DNA from: Candidatus Bathyarchaeota archaeon
GTDB lineage: Archaea; Thermoproteota; Bathyarchaeia; TCS64
Length of the DNA: 64,000 nucleotides
Assembly (NCBI GenBank): GCA_043826455.1
Contig: JBDRQD010000039.1
Coordinates: 14,242 to 78,241, forward strand
Reading direction: 5' to 3'
Below are positions 18,462-26,815 of the stretch, in pieces. The notes beneath the pieces are model-generated. The model did not search any database. It saw only the letters and a list, made by a program, of their open reading frames with translations, and was not told the origin of the DNA. Made by a program: the position numbers and the translations under genes. The stretch's first letter is position 1. Each line of letters opens with the position of its first letter.

Positions 18462-20051
18462 TTACTGGTCCCTGTGGTATAGTATCTTGCCGTTGACGAG
18501 GGTCATGTAGCACTTGGCGTCCCTGATGGTCTCGGGCGCGATCTCGGTGAGGTCCCTGTCGAATACTGCTATGTCGGCAAGCTTGCCCGCCTCTACGCTG
18601 CCCACGTGGTTCTCGTGGAACCCTGCGTAGGCTGAGTTCAGGGTGTAGCACTTCACGGCCTCTACGAGGCTGATCCTGCTCTCCCTGATGGGGTGGTTGA
18701 CGGCACTCCAGATGCCGTAAATCGGGTTGAAGGGCATGCCGTCGCTGCCGAAGGCCACCGTTATGCCCTCGTCCAGCAGCACCCTGTACGGGTTGCTGGC
18801 CCTGTCCCGCCTCTCCCCTAGGCGCTGCCTGTACATGCTTCCGGGGCCGCTCCACTCGCCTATGAAGTTGGGCTGCATGGCCGGGATGATGCCCAGCTCT
18901 CTGATGCGCTCTATCTGCTGTGCGCTCAGTATCTCGCAGTGCTCTATCCTGTGCCTGTGGTTCTTCCTGGGCTCGCGCCTTAGGGTCTCTTGGATGCTGT
19001 CAATGACGTGCTCTATGGCCAGGTCGCCTATGGCGTGGATGGCCACCTGGAACCCGTGGCCGTGGGCGGCGCTAGCCTTCTCTGTGATGACCGCCGGGTC
19101 CTCCAGCAGTAACCCGGTAGTTGAGGGGTCGTCCTCGTAGGGCTCGAAGAGGGCCGCTGTGTGGGCGCCCAGGCTACCGTCGATGAGCAGCTTCACCGGG
19201 CCAACGCGGAGGAATCTGTCGCCGAAACCGGTCTTGATGCCCAGCTTCATGGCTGCCTCCGGCGTCTCCGTCCGGAGCATGACATTGGCCCGTACCTTCA
19301 GGTAGCCGTTGTCGTGGGCTGTCTGGTAGGCCGTGATCTCCTGGGGGCCCAGGCCGGCGTCATGGATGCCGGTACAGCCGAGGCTTAGGGCGTGGTCGCT
19401 GGCTACTTTAAGGCCCTCCACCATGGTCTCGGTGCTGGTGGGAGGGATCACCCTCCAGACCAGGTCCCTGCAGTCCCTGAGGATGCCCACGGGTTCACCT
19501 TTCTCATCCTTGTCGATGGTGCCTCCGTCAGGGTCTGGGGTTTCCGAGGTGATGCCTGCCAGCTTCATGGCCTTGTTGTTGATGCTCACCAGGTGGCCGC
19601 AGATGCGGACCAGGGCTACCGGCTTGTCGGGGACAACGGCGTCGATGTCCTCAGCCGTGATGTACCTGTTCTCCGGCCACTTGGCCTCGTCGTAGCCGCG
19701 GCCTATGATCCACTCGCCGGGCTTGGCCTTCTCGGCCCGCTTCCTGATGAGCTCCAGGGCGTCCTTCATGGTAGCCGTGTACCTTATGGCCACGCTGGTG
19801 AGCATGCTGACGCCCATCCAGGCGAAGTGGCAGTGGCTGTCTATGAGTCCGGGCGTCACGGTCATCCCCGTGACGTCGTAGACCTCGGAGCCCGGAGGTA
19901 TCTCCACCTCTCCTCTCTTCCCTGCGGCTACGATGTACTCGTCCCGCAGGACGACAACGGAGTCTTTGATTGGGTCTGCACCCGTCCCGTCTATGAGGGT
20001 GCCTCCCACAAGTACGCGTGGGCACGAAACTAGTGACATTTTGGATACCAT
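18462..20051 (-). CDS. Amidohydrolase 3 family (YtcJ-like)
   Basis: PGLIDSHCH, HAIGD, RIEH, FGSD and GKLAD. Confidence 0.9.
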   Translation of the reverse strand: MVSKMSLVSCPRVLVGGTLIDGTGADPIKDSVVVLRDEYIVAAGKRGEVEIPPGSEVYDVTGMTVTPGLIDSHCHFAWMGVSMLTSVAIRYTATMKDALELIRKRAEKAKPGEWIIGRGYDEAKWPENRYITAEDIDAVVPDKPVALVRICGHLVSINNKAMKLAGITSETPDPDGGTIDKDEKGEPVGILRDCRDLVWRVIPPTSTETMVEGLKVASDHALSLGCTGIHDAGLGPQEITAYQTAHDNGYLKVRANVMLRTETPEAAMKLGIKTGFGDRFLRVGPVKLLIDGSLGAHTAALFEPYEDDPSTTGLLLEDPAVITEKASAAHGHGFQVAIHAIGDLAIEHVIDSIQETLRREPRKNHRHRIEHCEILSAQQIERIRELGIIPAMQPNFIGEWSGPGSMYRQRLGERRDRASNPYRVLLDEGITVAFGSDGMPFNPIYGIWSAVNHPIRESRISLVEAVKCYTLNSAYAGFHENHVGSVEAGKLADIAVFDRDLTEIAPETIRDAKCYMTLVNGKILYHRDQ

Positions 20052-20275
20052 TCGCAGAGGCCACCACCATATAAATCTTTACATTTTCCGCAGCTAGACT
20101 GCGATCACTGGTTTAAATGGCGGTTGATATGAGGGGGAACCGCAGCAATATTTACGAATTCAGCATTGTGGGCCTCTCGGTGTGCCATAAACATAGTTTA
20201 GGGGTGCTTAGACTGTGTTTTCCGTAGCGTGGAGGGTTCAGTAGAGCTTATCTATGAGAAGTCTTATTGTTTGCT

Positions 20276-20353
20276 GGGCTCGTAGTCTAGCCAGGATAGG
20301 ATTCTGGCCTGCGGAGCCGGAGGTCGTGGGTTCGAATCCCACCGAGCCCGCCA
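20276..20353 (+). tRNA. tRNA-Arg (GCG)
   Basis: Acceptor GGGCTCG/CGAGCCC, anticodon arm CTGGC-CT-GCG-GA-GCCGG, T loop TTCGAAT, encoded CCA. Confidence 0.96.
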
Positions 20354-20478
20354 CGGCACCAGCAACACTTGCAATAGACCGGCTAAAGCGTGACCCAAGA
20401 CGTGCAACGCATGCTCGGCTTACATGCAGAACCTTTTAATTCTACAGCGCTTCCATGGTGTGTCACGAGGTTTTAAGA

Positions 20479-20607
20479 GTGCCACAGAGCAAACAAGAGA
20501 AGAAAGACGGCCTAAAGAAACACAAGCAGCAGCAGAGAGAAAAGAAACAACAGACCAAGATGAGGAAAAATGTTTCTCTTCCCGCCGGATACAAAAAGAA
20601 GAAATGA
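20479..20607 (+). CDS. Possible 42-aa lysine-rich microprotein
   Basis: Manual translation from GTG: MPQSKQEKKDGLKKHKQQQREKKQQTKMRKNVSLPAGYKKKK*; GAGG 8 nt upstream. Confidence 0.4.
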   Translation: MPQSKQEKKDGLKKHKQQQREKKQQTKMRKNVSLPAGYKKKK

Positions 20608-20758
20608 GCTTACACAGCTTTCATCAACCCTGAGCTGATTGTACACTTTTAAGAGCCTGAGCGTGGAATGGGCCAGCCCTAAACATAAAAAAGGCTCAGG
20701 GGTCGTCCGCATCAAGGAGTGGCTTCAACCCCACGAGTCGCTCATCGAAAAACTCGAG

Positions 20759-21105
20759 AGGTTTTTGGTTAACCGTGTTTTCTGGGCTCCAGAGTCAAAG
20801 AGGAAGCACCTCAACGAGTAAAAGCATGAGGCAAAAGATGGAATTTTTTTCCGCCTTATCCCGGCTGGCACGGGATAAGCCACCTAACTAACGATATGCC
20901 CCTCGCACCAGCACCACAGCCCCAGAGAGGGGGGAGGGGGTAGAGCAAAATGAACCTGAAACAGGTGCCCCAGGCCAAAAGGAGGCTGGGAAACACGCCT
21001 TTGCCGTCCTATTCTATGCAGAAACGCCGTCCATTCCATACAGAGACACGGTCATTTCAGCGCATCAGGCACGGTACTGATGTGCAAAAAAAGTAGGGGG
21101 TATCG
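20759..21105 (+). repeat. Dispersed non-coding repeat, copy 1
   Basis: Collinear with the reverse complement of 29738-30102; 33-nt identical block at 20908-20940; hairpin at 20855-20879. Confidence 0.9.
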
Positions 21106-21277
21106 TATATTAGAGAATATTTTCATCAATAAAAGAATATGTTGAGCCTCAGGGAAACGTACTCGTTCATGTTCCAGAGGTATCCGGGCGGGTCGCGCCG
21201 TCAAGATGTTCAAGACATTGCTCCAGTTCGCAGGGTGGATGTGAGACCCGGCATAGGACCGGTTTATGGCTCCAAAT

Positions 21278-21409
21278 CTACCTATGTTTATCGAGGTTCT
21301 TTTGGCGCCACTTGTCCAGTGTGCGCTGCTTCTCGTCGAGGCTGGCATAGAACTCCCTCAGACAGTCCTGCTCCGTGATGATCCTCTTCTTGCTGTCCGA
21401 GACGCTCAT
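21278..21409 (-). CDS. Possible 43-aa microprotein
   Basis: Manual translation MSVSDSKKRIITEQDCLREFYASLDEKQRTLDKWRQKNLDKHR*; host-like G/C-ending codons. Confidence 0.45.
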   Translation of the reverse strand: MSVSDSKKRIITEQDCLREFYASLDEKQRTLDKWRQKNLDKHR

Positions 21410-21551
21410 AGCGGCTGGTACATACTCTGAGTCTATAAATGGAAAATGGAGCCCTGTTTAGGAACACGCTTCAATGCAATTGGGTGCCGCTGTTGAACCC
21501 TTGTAAGAGCTTAGAGGCGGCTCACCCAGATATACAGGGATAAAAAGGAGT

Positions 21552-22556
21552 CTAGGCCTGTTCCTTGAAGTGGGGCAGAACCTCCTTACCGAACAAGTTG
21601 ATGGCGTTCTTCTTGTCGGGCCCCAGGGGCGACCCCGTCACGAAGTGGCTGACACCCTTCCCCAGAATGGTGTCAATCTTCTCTACGCACATGTCCGGTG
21701 AGCCGCAGACGGAGAAGGCGTCTATCATGTCCGAGTCCACGGCGCCGAAGGCCTCACCCCAGTTCCGCTCAGCCAGGTTCCCCCGGATACCATCGGCCAC
21801 CTCCACGCTGATGCCGAAGTTCTCCAGGACCGAGGCCGGGCTGCCCGCCACTATGTAGGCCACCACGGGCACCACCGCCTTCTTGGCCTTCTTCTCAGTC
21901 TCAGCTACACTGAAGGAGGTGTACGCGGCCACGTCCACGTCCTCAAACTTTCTGCCGGCGTCCTCGGCCCCCTTCCGTATCTGCTTCACCGCCCGGTCAA
22001 TGTCCTCCGGGTGAGACGCGTTGATGAGGGCCCCGTCCCCTATGGCCCCGGCGAGCTGGAGCATCTTGGGTCCCTGGGCCCCCACGTATATGGGTATGTG
22101 GTTCTCCACCTTGAAGTTGAACTTGGCTCCCGGCTTTATCTTGTAGACGGAGCCCTCGTAGCCCTCTTTCTCCCTGGCCAGCTGCCTCCTGATGATCTCC
22201 ACGGTCTCCCTCACCGTCCTCACGGGGTTGGTCATCTCGGCGCCCACTATGTCCAGGGAGGTCCTGTCCCCTGCGCCTATGCCGCACAGCACCCGCCCGG
22301 GGGCCACCTCGTCGAGGGACGCCACGGACTGGGCCGTCATCACCGGGTGGACCAGGTAGGGGTTGGTGACCCCGGGGCCCATCCTGATCTTGTCAGTGTA
22401 GTTGGCTATGAAGCTCAGGCTGACGTAGACGTTCCTATTGTTGAAGTGGTCCGTGATCCAGACGCTGTCGTAGCCCAGCTTCTCAGCCTGTACAGAGTAG
22501 TAGGTGGTCTTCCAGAACAGCTCCATGGGCACGAACTCGATGCCGAAGCTTACCAT
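21552..22556 (-). CDS. mer: F420-dependent 5,10-methylene-H4MPT reductase
   Basis: FGIEFVP, WITDHFNNRN, GPGVTNPY, GAQGPKML, INASHP and GSPLGP. Confidence 0.92.
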   Translation of the reverse strand: MVSFGIEFVPMELFWKTTYYSVQAEKLGYDSVWITDHFNNRNVYVSLSFIANYTDKIRMGPGVTNPYLVHPVMTAQSVASLDEVAPGRVLCGIGAGDRTSLDIVGAEMTNPVRTVRETVEIIRRQLAREKEGYEGSVYKIKPGAKFNFKVENHIPIYVGAQGPKMLQLAGAIGDGALINASHPEDIDRAVKQIRKGAEDAGRKFEDVDVAAYTSFSVAETEKKAKKAVVPVVAYIVAGSPASVLENFGISVEVADGIRGNLAERNWGEAFGAVDSDMIDAFSVCGSPDMCVEKIDTILGKGVSHFVTGSPLGPDKKNAINLFGKEVLPHFKEQA

Positions 22557-22580
22557 CTCTCCTCACCATCGATAAAAAAA

Positions 22581-22871
22581 TTAGAATTGTTTATCCCAGA
22601 TGGGGCTGAACGCCTTCGCCAGGTTTTGCAGCTTGAACTCGTCCAGCACCTGGGCCAGCTTCTCAGGTTCAGCCCCAGCCATGGCCTCCAGCAGGTGGGT
22701 GAGCCCCACCTGGCTGCCTAGCTGGTCCCTCTGCCAGTAGTGAAGGATGATCTTCGCAAGGTGGGGGGGAACAGCGCCTCTCCCCGACTCCAAGAGTATG
22801 TCTGTGAGCCTCTCGGCGAAGGGCTCTCTCGCCGTCTTCGGGATCAATTTGGCTAGCTCTCTATACTCCAT
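22581..22871 (-). CDS. Hypothetical helical protein upstream of mer
   Basis: 96-aa ORF, same strand as mer, 24 bp gap. Confidence 0.75.
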   Translation of the reverse strand: MEYRELAKLIPKTAREPFAERLTDILLESGRGAVPPHLAKIILHYWQRDQLGSQVGLTHLLEAMAGAEPEKLAQVLDEFKLQNLAKAFSPIWDKQF

Positions 22872-22914
22872 TTTTCACTCAACATATACTATGATTCAGT
22901 TTCATTTGTGTTAT

Positions 22915-22998
22915 TCGAAAACCCTAATCCTTGTTTTTCGAACCCTGTGCCATGTACATCGAACCTTTAGGACCCAAAACGTGTTGATTAAACTCGAA
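22915..22998. promoter_or_regulatory. Phased TCGAA(A/C) repeats in the divergent promoter region between mer operon and Lrp
   Basis: TCGAA at 22915, 22938, 22959 and 22994 in AT-rich intergenic DNA. Confidence 0.4.
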
Positions 22999-23122
22999 AA
23001 AGAAAAACATAATTACTATAATTACAATATTTACTTATAAAAGGGGTGAGAAAAAAAATTGTATTTTAAAGATAAATTAGTGACCTATGGACACCAAAAA
23101 TTAACAAAAACAGGTGACCTAA

Positions 23123-23569
23123 ATGTCGGTTGACAGGCTCGATCTACAGATAATCAGATCCCTCAACAAGAACGCGAGAAAACCCTACAAGGACATCGCC
23201 AAGGAGCTGGACGTGAGCGACACCACCGTCCGGAAACGGATACAAAAGATGCTGGACGAAGGCATAATCAAGCAGTTCAACGTCCTGCTGGATTACCACA
23301 AGATCGGGAGGATCATCAAGGCCTTCATAGGCATAAGGCTGAACCCTCCTCGACTGAAGGACGTGGTCAGCCACCTGGAAGATAACCCCGACGTGCAGGT
23401 GCTCTACAGGACCACGGGGAACGTGGACCTGTTCGTGGAGGTCATCTTTAGGGACATGGAGGAGCTCAACGCCTTCCTGGAGAACGAGCTGAACGTGGAG
23501 GGAATCACAGGGACAGAGGTAACCATAGTCATCGGCCCTTACAAGAGGTGCCCGTGCACAGGGCTCTAG
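23123..23569 (+). CDS. Lrp/AsnC family regulator
   Basis: D.LD..I..L..NAR..Y..IA..L.VS..TV.KRI HTH plus RAM domain (TTGNVDL). Confidence 0.93.
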   Translation: MSVDRLDLQIIRSLNKNARKPYKDIAKELDVSDTTVRKRIQKMLDEGIIKQFNVLLDYHKIGRIIKAFIGIRLNPPRLKDVVSHLEDNPDVQVLYRTTGNVDLFVEVIFRDMEELNAFLENELNVEGITGTEVTIVIGPYKRCPCTGL

Positions 23570-23578
23570 CCGGTCACC

Positions 23579-24151
23579 CTATTTTTTTCTTGGCTTAACA
23601 GTCAGCGTTATCAGGCCTTCTTCGTCCGTGCTGGCGTCGAGCTTGACGCTGAACAGGGTGTCAAGGTATCCTCTCATGAAGGTCACTGGGACGGCCAGGT
23701 GCTCAACCTTGATCTCGTCGCCTTTCAGGGTGAACTTGCCCCAGCCGTAGTTCTCCAGTTCGTTGAGGATGACGTTCCAGTTGTCCTGGGTGCTGAGGTC
23801 CAGCTCGTGGTCGAAGACGTCCAGGGCCTTCCGGTTCCTGGCTATCATGCTTGAGACGCTGTACAGCTTGGAGTCGCTCATGGTGCTCAGCACGTCGTCC
23901 ATGATGCCCTGGGCCACTATCATGACCCTCTCCTGCCCCATCCTGTAGACGTAGGGGAACCAGTCCTGCATGTTTAGCTTCTTGAATATCCTGAGGGCGG
24001 CTAGGACGGCCTCCTCCTTGCTGTCGATCCTCCTGCTGTTTTCCAGGAAGCCCAGGTAGGTGTACAGACTCTTGTCGAGGCGGACTGTCAACTCGTACTC
24101 CTTTTTCTTGGTGTCACCCACACGTGTCTTTGACTGTCTCCCAGAGTCCAA
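23579..24151 (-). CDS. Hypothetical protein: RHH-like N-terminus plus V4R-like C-terminus
   Basis: LTVRLD..SKEEAV..AL at the N-terminus; YGWGKF and FMRGYL..LF downstream. Confidence 0.6.
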   Translation of the reverse strand: MDSGRQSKTRVGDTKKKEYELTVRLDKSLYTYLGFLENSRRIDSKEEAVLAALRIFKKLNMQDWFPYVYRMGQERVMIVAQGIMDDVLSTMSDSKLYSVSSMIARNRKALDVFDHELDLSTQDNWNVILNELENYGWGKFTLKGDEIKVEHLAVPVTFMRGYLDTLFSVKLDASTDEEGLITLTVKPRKK

Positions 24152-24251
24152 GGCAAGAGTAACTTGTTTTCAGAGTTTATTAAATCTGGGGGCTGGTTCC
24201 TAAAGCTTTAACCAGACCAGAATGGGTGCCGTGAGGATACAGGTTCCTCAT

Positions 24252-24686
24252 TTATGCCTTGACTCTCACGATCTCCGTGGTCCCGGGTTCCCTGAACCCG
24301 TAGCCGCTGTGCTTGATCTCTAGGAGCATATAGTCCGGGTGGTCCACCGTGGGGAAGTAGTCCTTGGCCCACTCCACCTCCCGGTGAAGCCGTTCCCGGG
24401 CCACCGGGTCATCCACGACGATGGCGGTGCCCTCGCCCCTGATGAACCCGTTGGAGCCGTTCCTCTGAAGCGGCAGGTAGTACTCTACCTTGGGGTTGGC
24501 CTTTATCTGCTTCAGCTTCTCCGCGTTGACACCGCCCCGGGCCCCCGTGATCACGTAGAACCGTCTGTTCAGCGTGATCAGGGACACGGGCCTGACCCTA
24601 GGCTGATCCCCCTCAGCGGTGGCAAGGTACACTACTTGCTGGGACCTGAACCAGCTCTCCACATCCTTGACGGACACCATACACAC
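24252..24686 (-). CDS. Pyridoxamine 5'-phosphate oxidase family protein
   Basis: YLATAEGDQPRVRP and K.KQIKANPKVE. Confidence 0.88.
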   Translation of the reverse strand: MCMVSVKDVESWFRSQQVVYLATAEGDQPRVRPVSLITLNRRFYVITGARGGVNAEKLKQIKANPKVEYYLPLQRNGSNGFIRGEGTAIVVDDPVARERLHREVEWAKDYFPTVDHPDYMLLEIKHSGYGFREPGTTEIVRVKA

Positions 24687-24782
24687 TATGCCCCCGCCGG
24701 ACCCTACTAAAGGGTTTCAAAGCAACCTTCATGAAAAAACAGGAGCTATCAATGAAAACCAGAAAAAATAAGGGAGACGTAG

Positions 24783-24956
24783 GTGTCAGTGGAATGGATG
24801 AAGAGACTGGCGGAGGCCCTCTGCGGCAAGAAGATCATGGTAGAAGCGGACGGGGATACCACTCCTGAGGCTGTCTGCCGGGCCTGTGGAGTGGACCCCT
24901 GCCCGGTGTACGCCCACTACCTGTACGCGGCCACCCACTACAACAACCCCAGGTAA
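24783..24956 (+). CDS. Cys-rich microprotein (52-57 aa) upstream of aRF1
   Basis: Manual translation (MSVEW)MKRLAEALCGKKIMVEADGDTTPEAVCRACGVDPCPVYAHYLYAATHYNNPR*; host-like codon usage. Confidence 0.6.
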   Translation: MSVEWMKRLAEALCGKKIMVEADGDTTPEAVCRACGVDPCPVYAHYLYAATHYNNPR

Positions 24957-25012
24957 CCCAGTAACCTTCAAATACCGTCCACCTGTATGGAGAGTCTGCC
25001 AAGTGATCGGCG

Positions 25013-26269
25013 ATGAGTTCGGGAAACGTTACCCTAGACCGCTTCAGGTTCCAGCGGATGCTGGAGCAGCTCCAGAGGCTGGAAGGCCGAGGCACCGAGC
25101 TCGTCACCGTCTACATACCGCCCAGCAAGCGCATCCACGAGGTCATGACGGACCTCAAGAACGAGTACGGCACAGCGGTGAACATCAAGAGCAAGACCAC
25201 CAGGAAGAACGTCCAGGACGCCCTGACCAAGGTCATGGAGCGCCTCAAGCTCTTCAAGGATATACCTGAGACCGGGCTCGCCGTATTCGCGGGCACCATA
25301 GCCAGCAACCAGCTGGGCGTCGGAGACATGCAGACCTTCACGGTCATCCCCCCTGAGCCCATCAGCATCTACTACTACAGGTGCGAGCACAGGTTCCAGC
25401 TGCAGCCCCTCTTCGATATTCTGGAGCACGAGGACACCTACGGGATACTGGTGATGGACTCCAAGGACGCCACCTTCGCCATACTGAAGGGGCAGCGCGC
25501 CGACATAGTGAAGGACATTTCCAGCGGCGTCGCCGGTAAGACCCGGGCAGGAGGCCAGAGCAGCAGGCGCTACGAGAGGCTCAGGGAGATGTACCTCAAC
25601 GAGTACTTTCAGAGGGTGGGGCAGTATATGACTGACATATTCCTCAACGTCCCCAACCTCAGGGGCATCATTATCGGCGGCCCCGGCCCCACCAAGGAGG
25701 ACTGGTTCAAGGGCGGCTACCTGCACCATGAGCTCCAGAACAAGATACTCACCACCGTAGACACCGGGTACACGGGCCACGAGGGGGTCAAGGAGGTGGT
25801 CAACAGGAGCCGCAGCTTCCTTGAGCAAGTAAGGTACATGCAGGAGCGCAAGGTGGTCCAGGAGTTCCTCAAGCACCTGGGAGAGGACGACGGCCTGGCC
25901 ACCTACGGCGAACAGGAGGTCATCCAAGCCTTCAAGAGCATGAACGTCTACACGGTGCTGGTCTCGGACGAGATTAAGCGCTGGTATGTTACCCTCACAT
26001 GCCGGAGCTGCGGATACAAGGAGAACAGGATCGTGGACATGGACCAGTGGGCCCAGTTTGAGCAGGAGCTGGGCGCCCTGAAGTGCCTCAAGTGCGGCGA
26101 TGGTGTCTATGAGGTCGTCGAGAAGGAGGACCTGATAGAGGTGATGGTGAAGATGGCACAGGCAGCCGAGGCCAAGTTGGAGGTGGTCTCCACCCAGACA
26201 GAGGAGGGGGAGATGCTCTACAGGAGCTTCGGAGGCATAGCAGCCATCACCAAATACAGGACCTACTAG
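25013..26269 (+). CDS. prf1: Peptide chain release factor aRF1
   Basis: NIKS, YRCEHRF, GGQS, zinc-ribbon insertion (CRSC/CLKC) and FGGIAA. Confidence 0.97.
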   Translation: MSSGNVTLDRFRFQRMLEQLQRLEGRGTELVTVYIPPSKRIHEVMTDLKNEYGTAVNIKSKTTRKNVQDALTKVMERLKLFKDIPETGLAVFAGTIASNQLGVGDMQTFTVIPPEPISIYYYRCEHRFQLQPLFDILEHEDTYGILVMDSKDATFAILKGQRADIVKDISSGVAGKTRAGGQSSRRYERLREMYLNEYFQRVGQYMTDIFLNVPNLRGIIIGGPGPTKEDWFKGGYLHHELQNKILTTVDTGYTGHEGVKEVVNRSRSFLEQVRYMQERKVVQEFLKHLGEDDGLATYGEQEVIQAFKSMNVYTVLVSDEIKRWYVTLTCRSCGYKENRIVDMDQWAQFEQELGALKCLKCGDGVYEVVEKEDLIEVMVKMAQAAEAKLEVVSTQTEEGEMLYRSFGGIAAITKYRTY

Positions 26270-26775
26270 CCGAGACGCTCCTCCAGATAGTCGTCGATGA
26301 GCTTGTCCACGTGGCCCCAGTCCCTGTTTTCGCGGAAGTCTTCTCGCTCCTTCTTGGTGGTGGGCCGTGTCTCAAATTGGCACTCGTCGTGACCCAGGAT
26401 CATGCACCGGGTGTGGACAAGCTTGCTGGACGGGTCCGCGGCCATGGTCTTAGCGGGGTCGATGAAGCAGTACATGCTGCCCAGCTCGGGCTCGCCAAGC
26501 TCCAGCATCATCTTTCCCAGCTCGCATAGGCTGGGCTTGCCCTCCCGGCGCTCCCAGAAGCCGTACCTGGGGAGCCCCTGGTGGCCCTGCTTGGTGCGCT
26601 CGGCTACCATCTCCCCGTACCGCTTGATGCTGTCCAGTATCAGTTGCTTGCCCCGGTCCCAGCCGTACTCCTCCACCATGGTCTTGGCGTAGGCCAGGTG
26701 CAGCAGGGCCAGGCGCTGGGTGACGACCTTAACCTCGCTCTCAGCCTCAGTTAGAGGCACCATCTCTTCGGTCAT
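26266..26775 (-). CDS. L-2-amino-thiazoline-4-carboxylic acid hydrolase-like protein
   Basis: I.RYG, C.L, YC..DP and GHDECQF pattern. Confidence 0.7.
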   Translation of the reverse strand: MTEEMVPLTEAESEVKVVTQRLALLHLAYAKTMVEEYGWDRGKQLILDSIKRYGEMVAERTKQGHQGLPRYGFWERREGKPSLCELGKMMLELGEPELGSMYCFIDPAKTMAADPSSKLVHTRCMILGHDECQFETRPTTKKEREDFRENRDWGHVDKLIDDYLEERLG

Positions 26776-26815
26776 AGAATCAAATGAAAGGGGGATCGGT
26801 GGAAAAAAGGGTTTC

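Noticed and set aside
20851..20880. Resemblance of CGCCTTATCC to the enterobacterial REP core
   Set aside because: The match is short, the overall structure differs and no RAYT/TnpA gene is present; likely coincidence.
20354..21550. Integrated element at the tRNA-Arg 3' end
   Set aside because: No integrase and no duplicated tRNA end seen.
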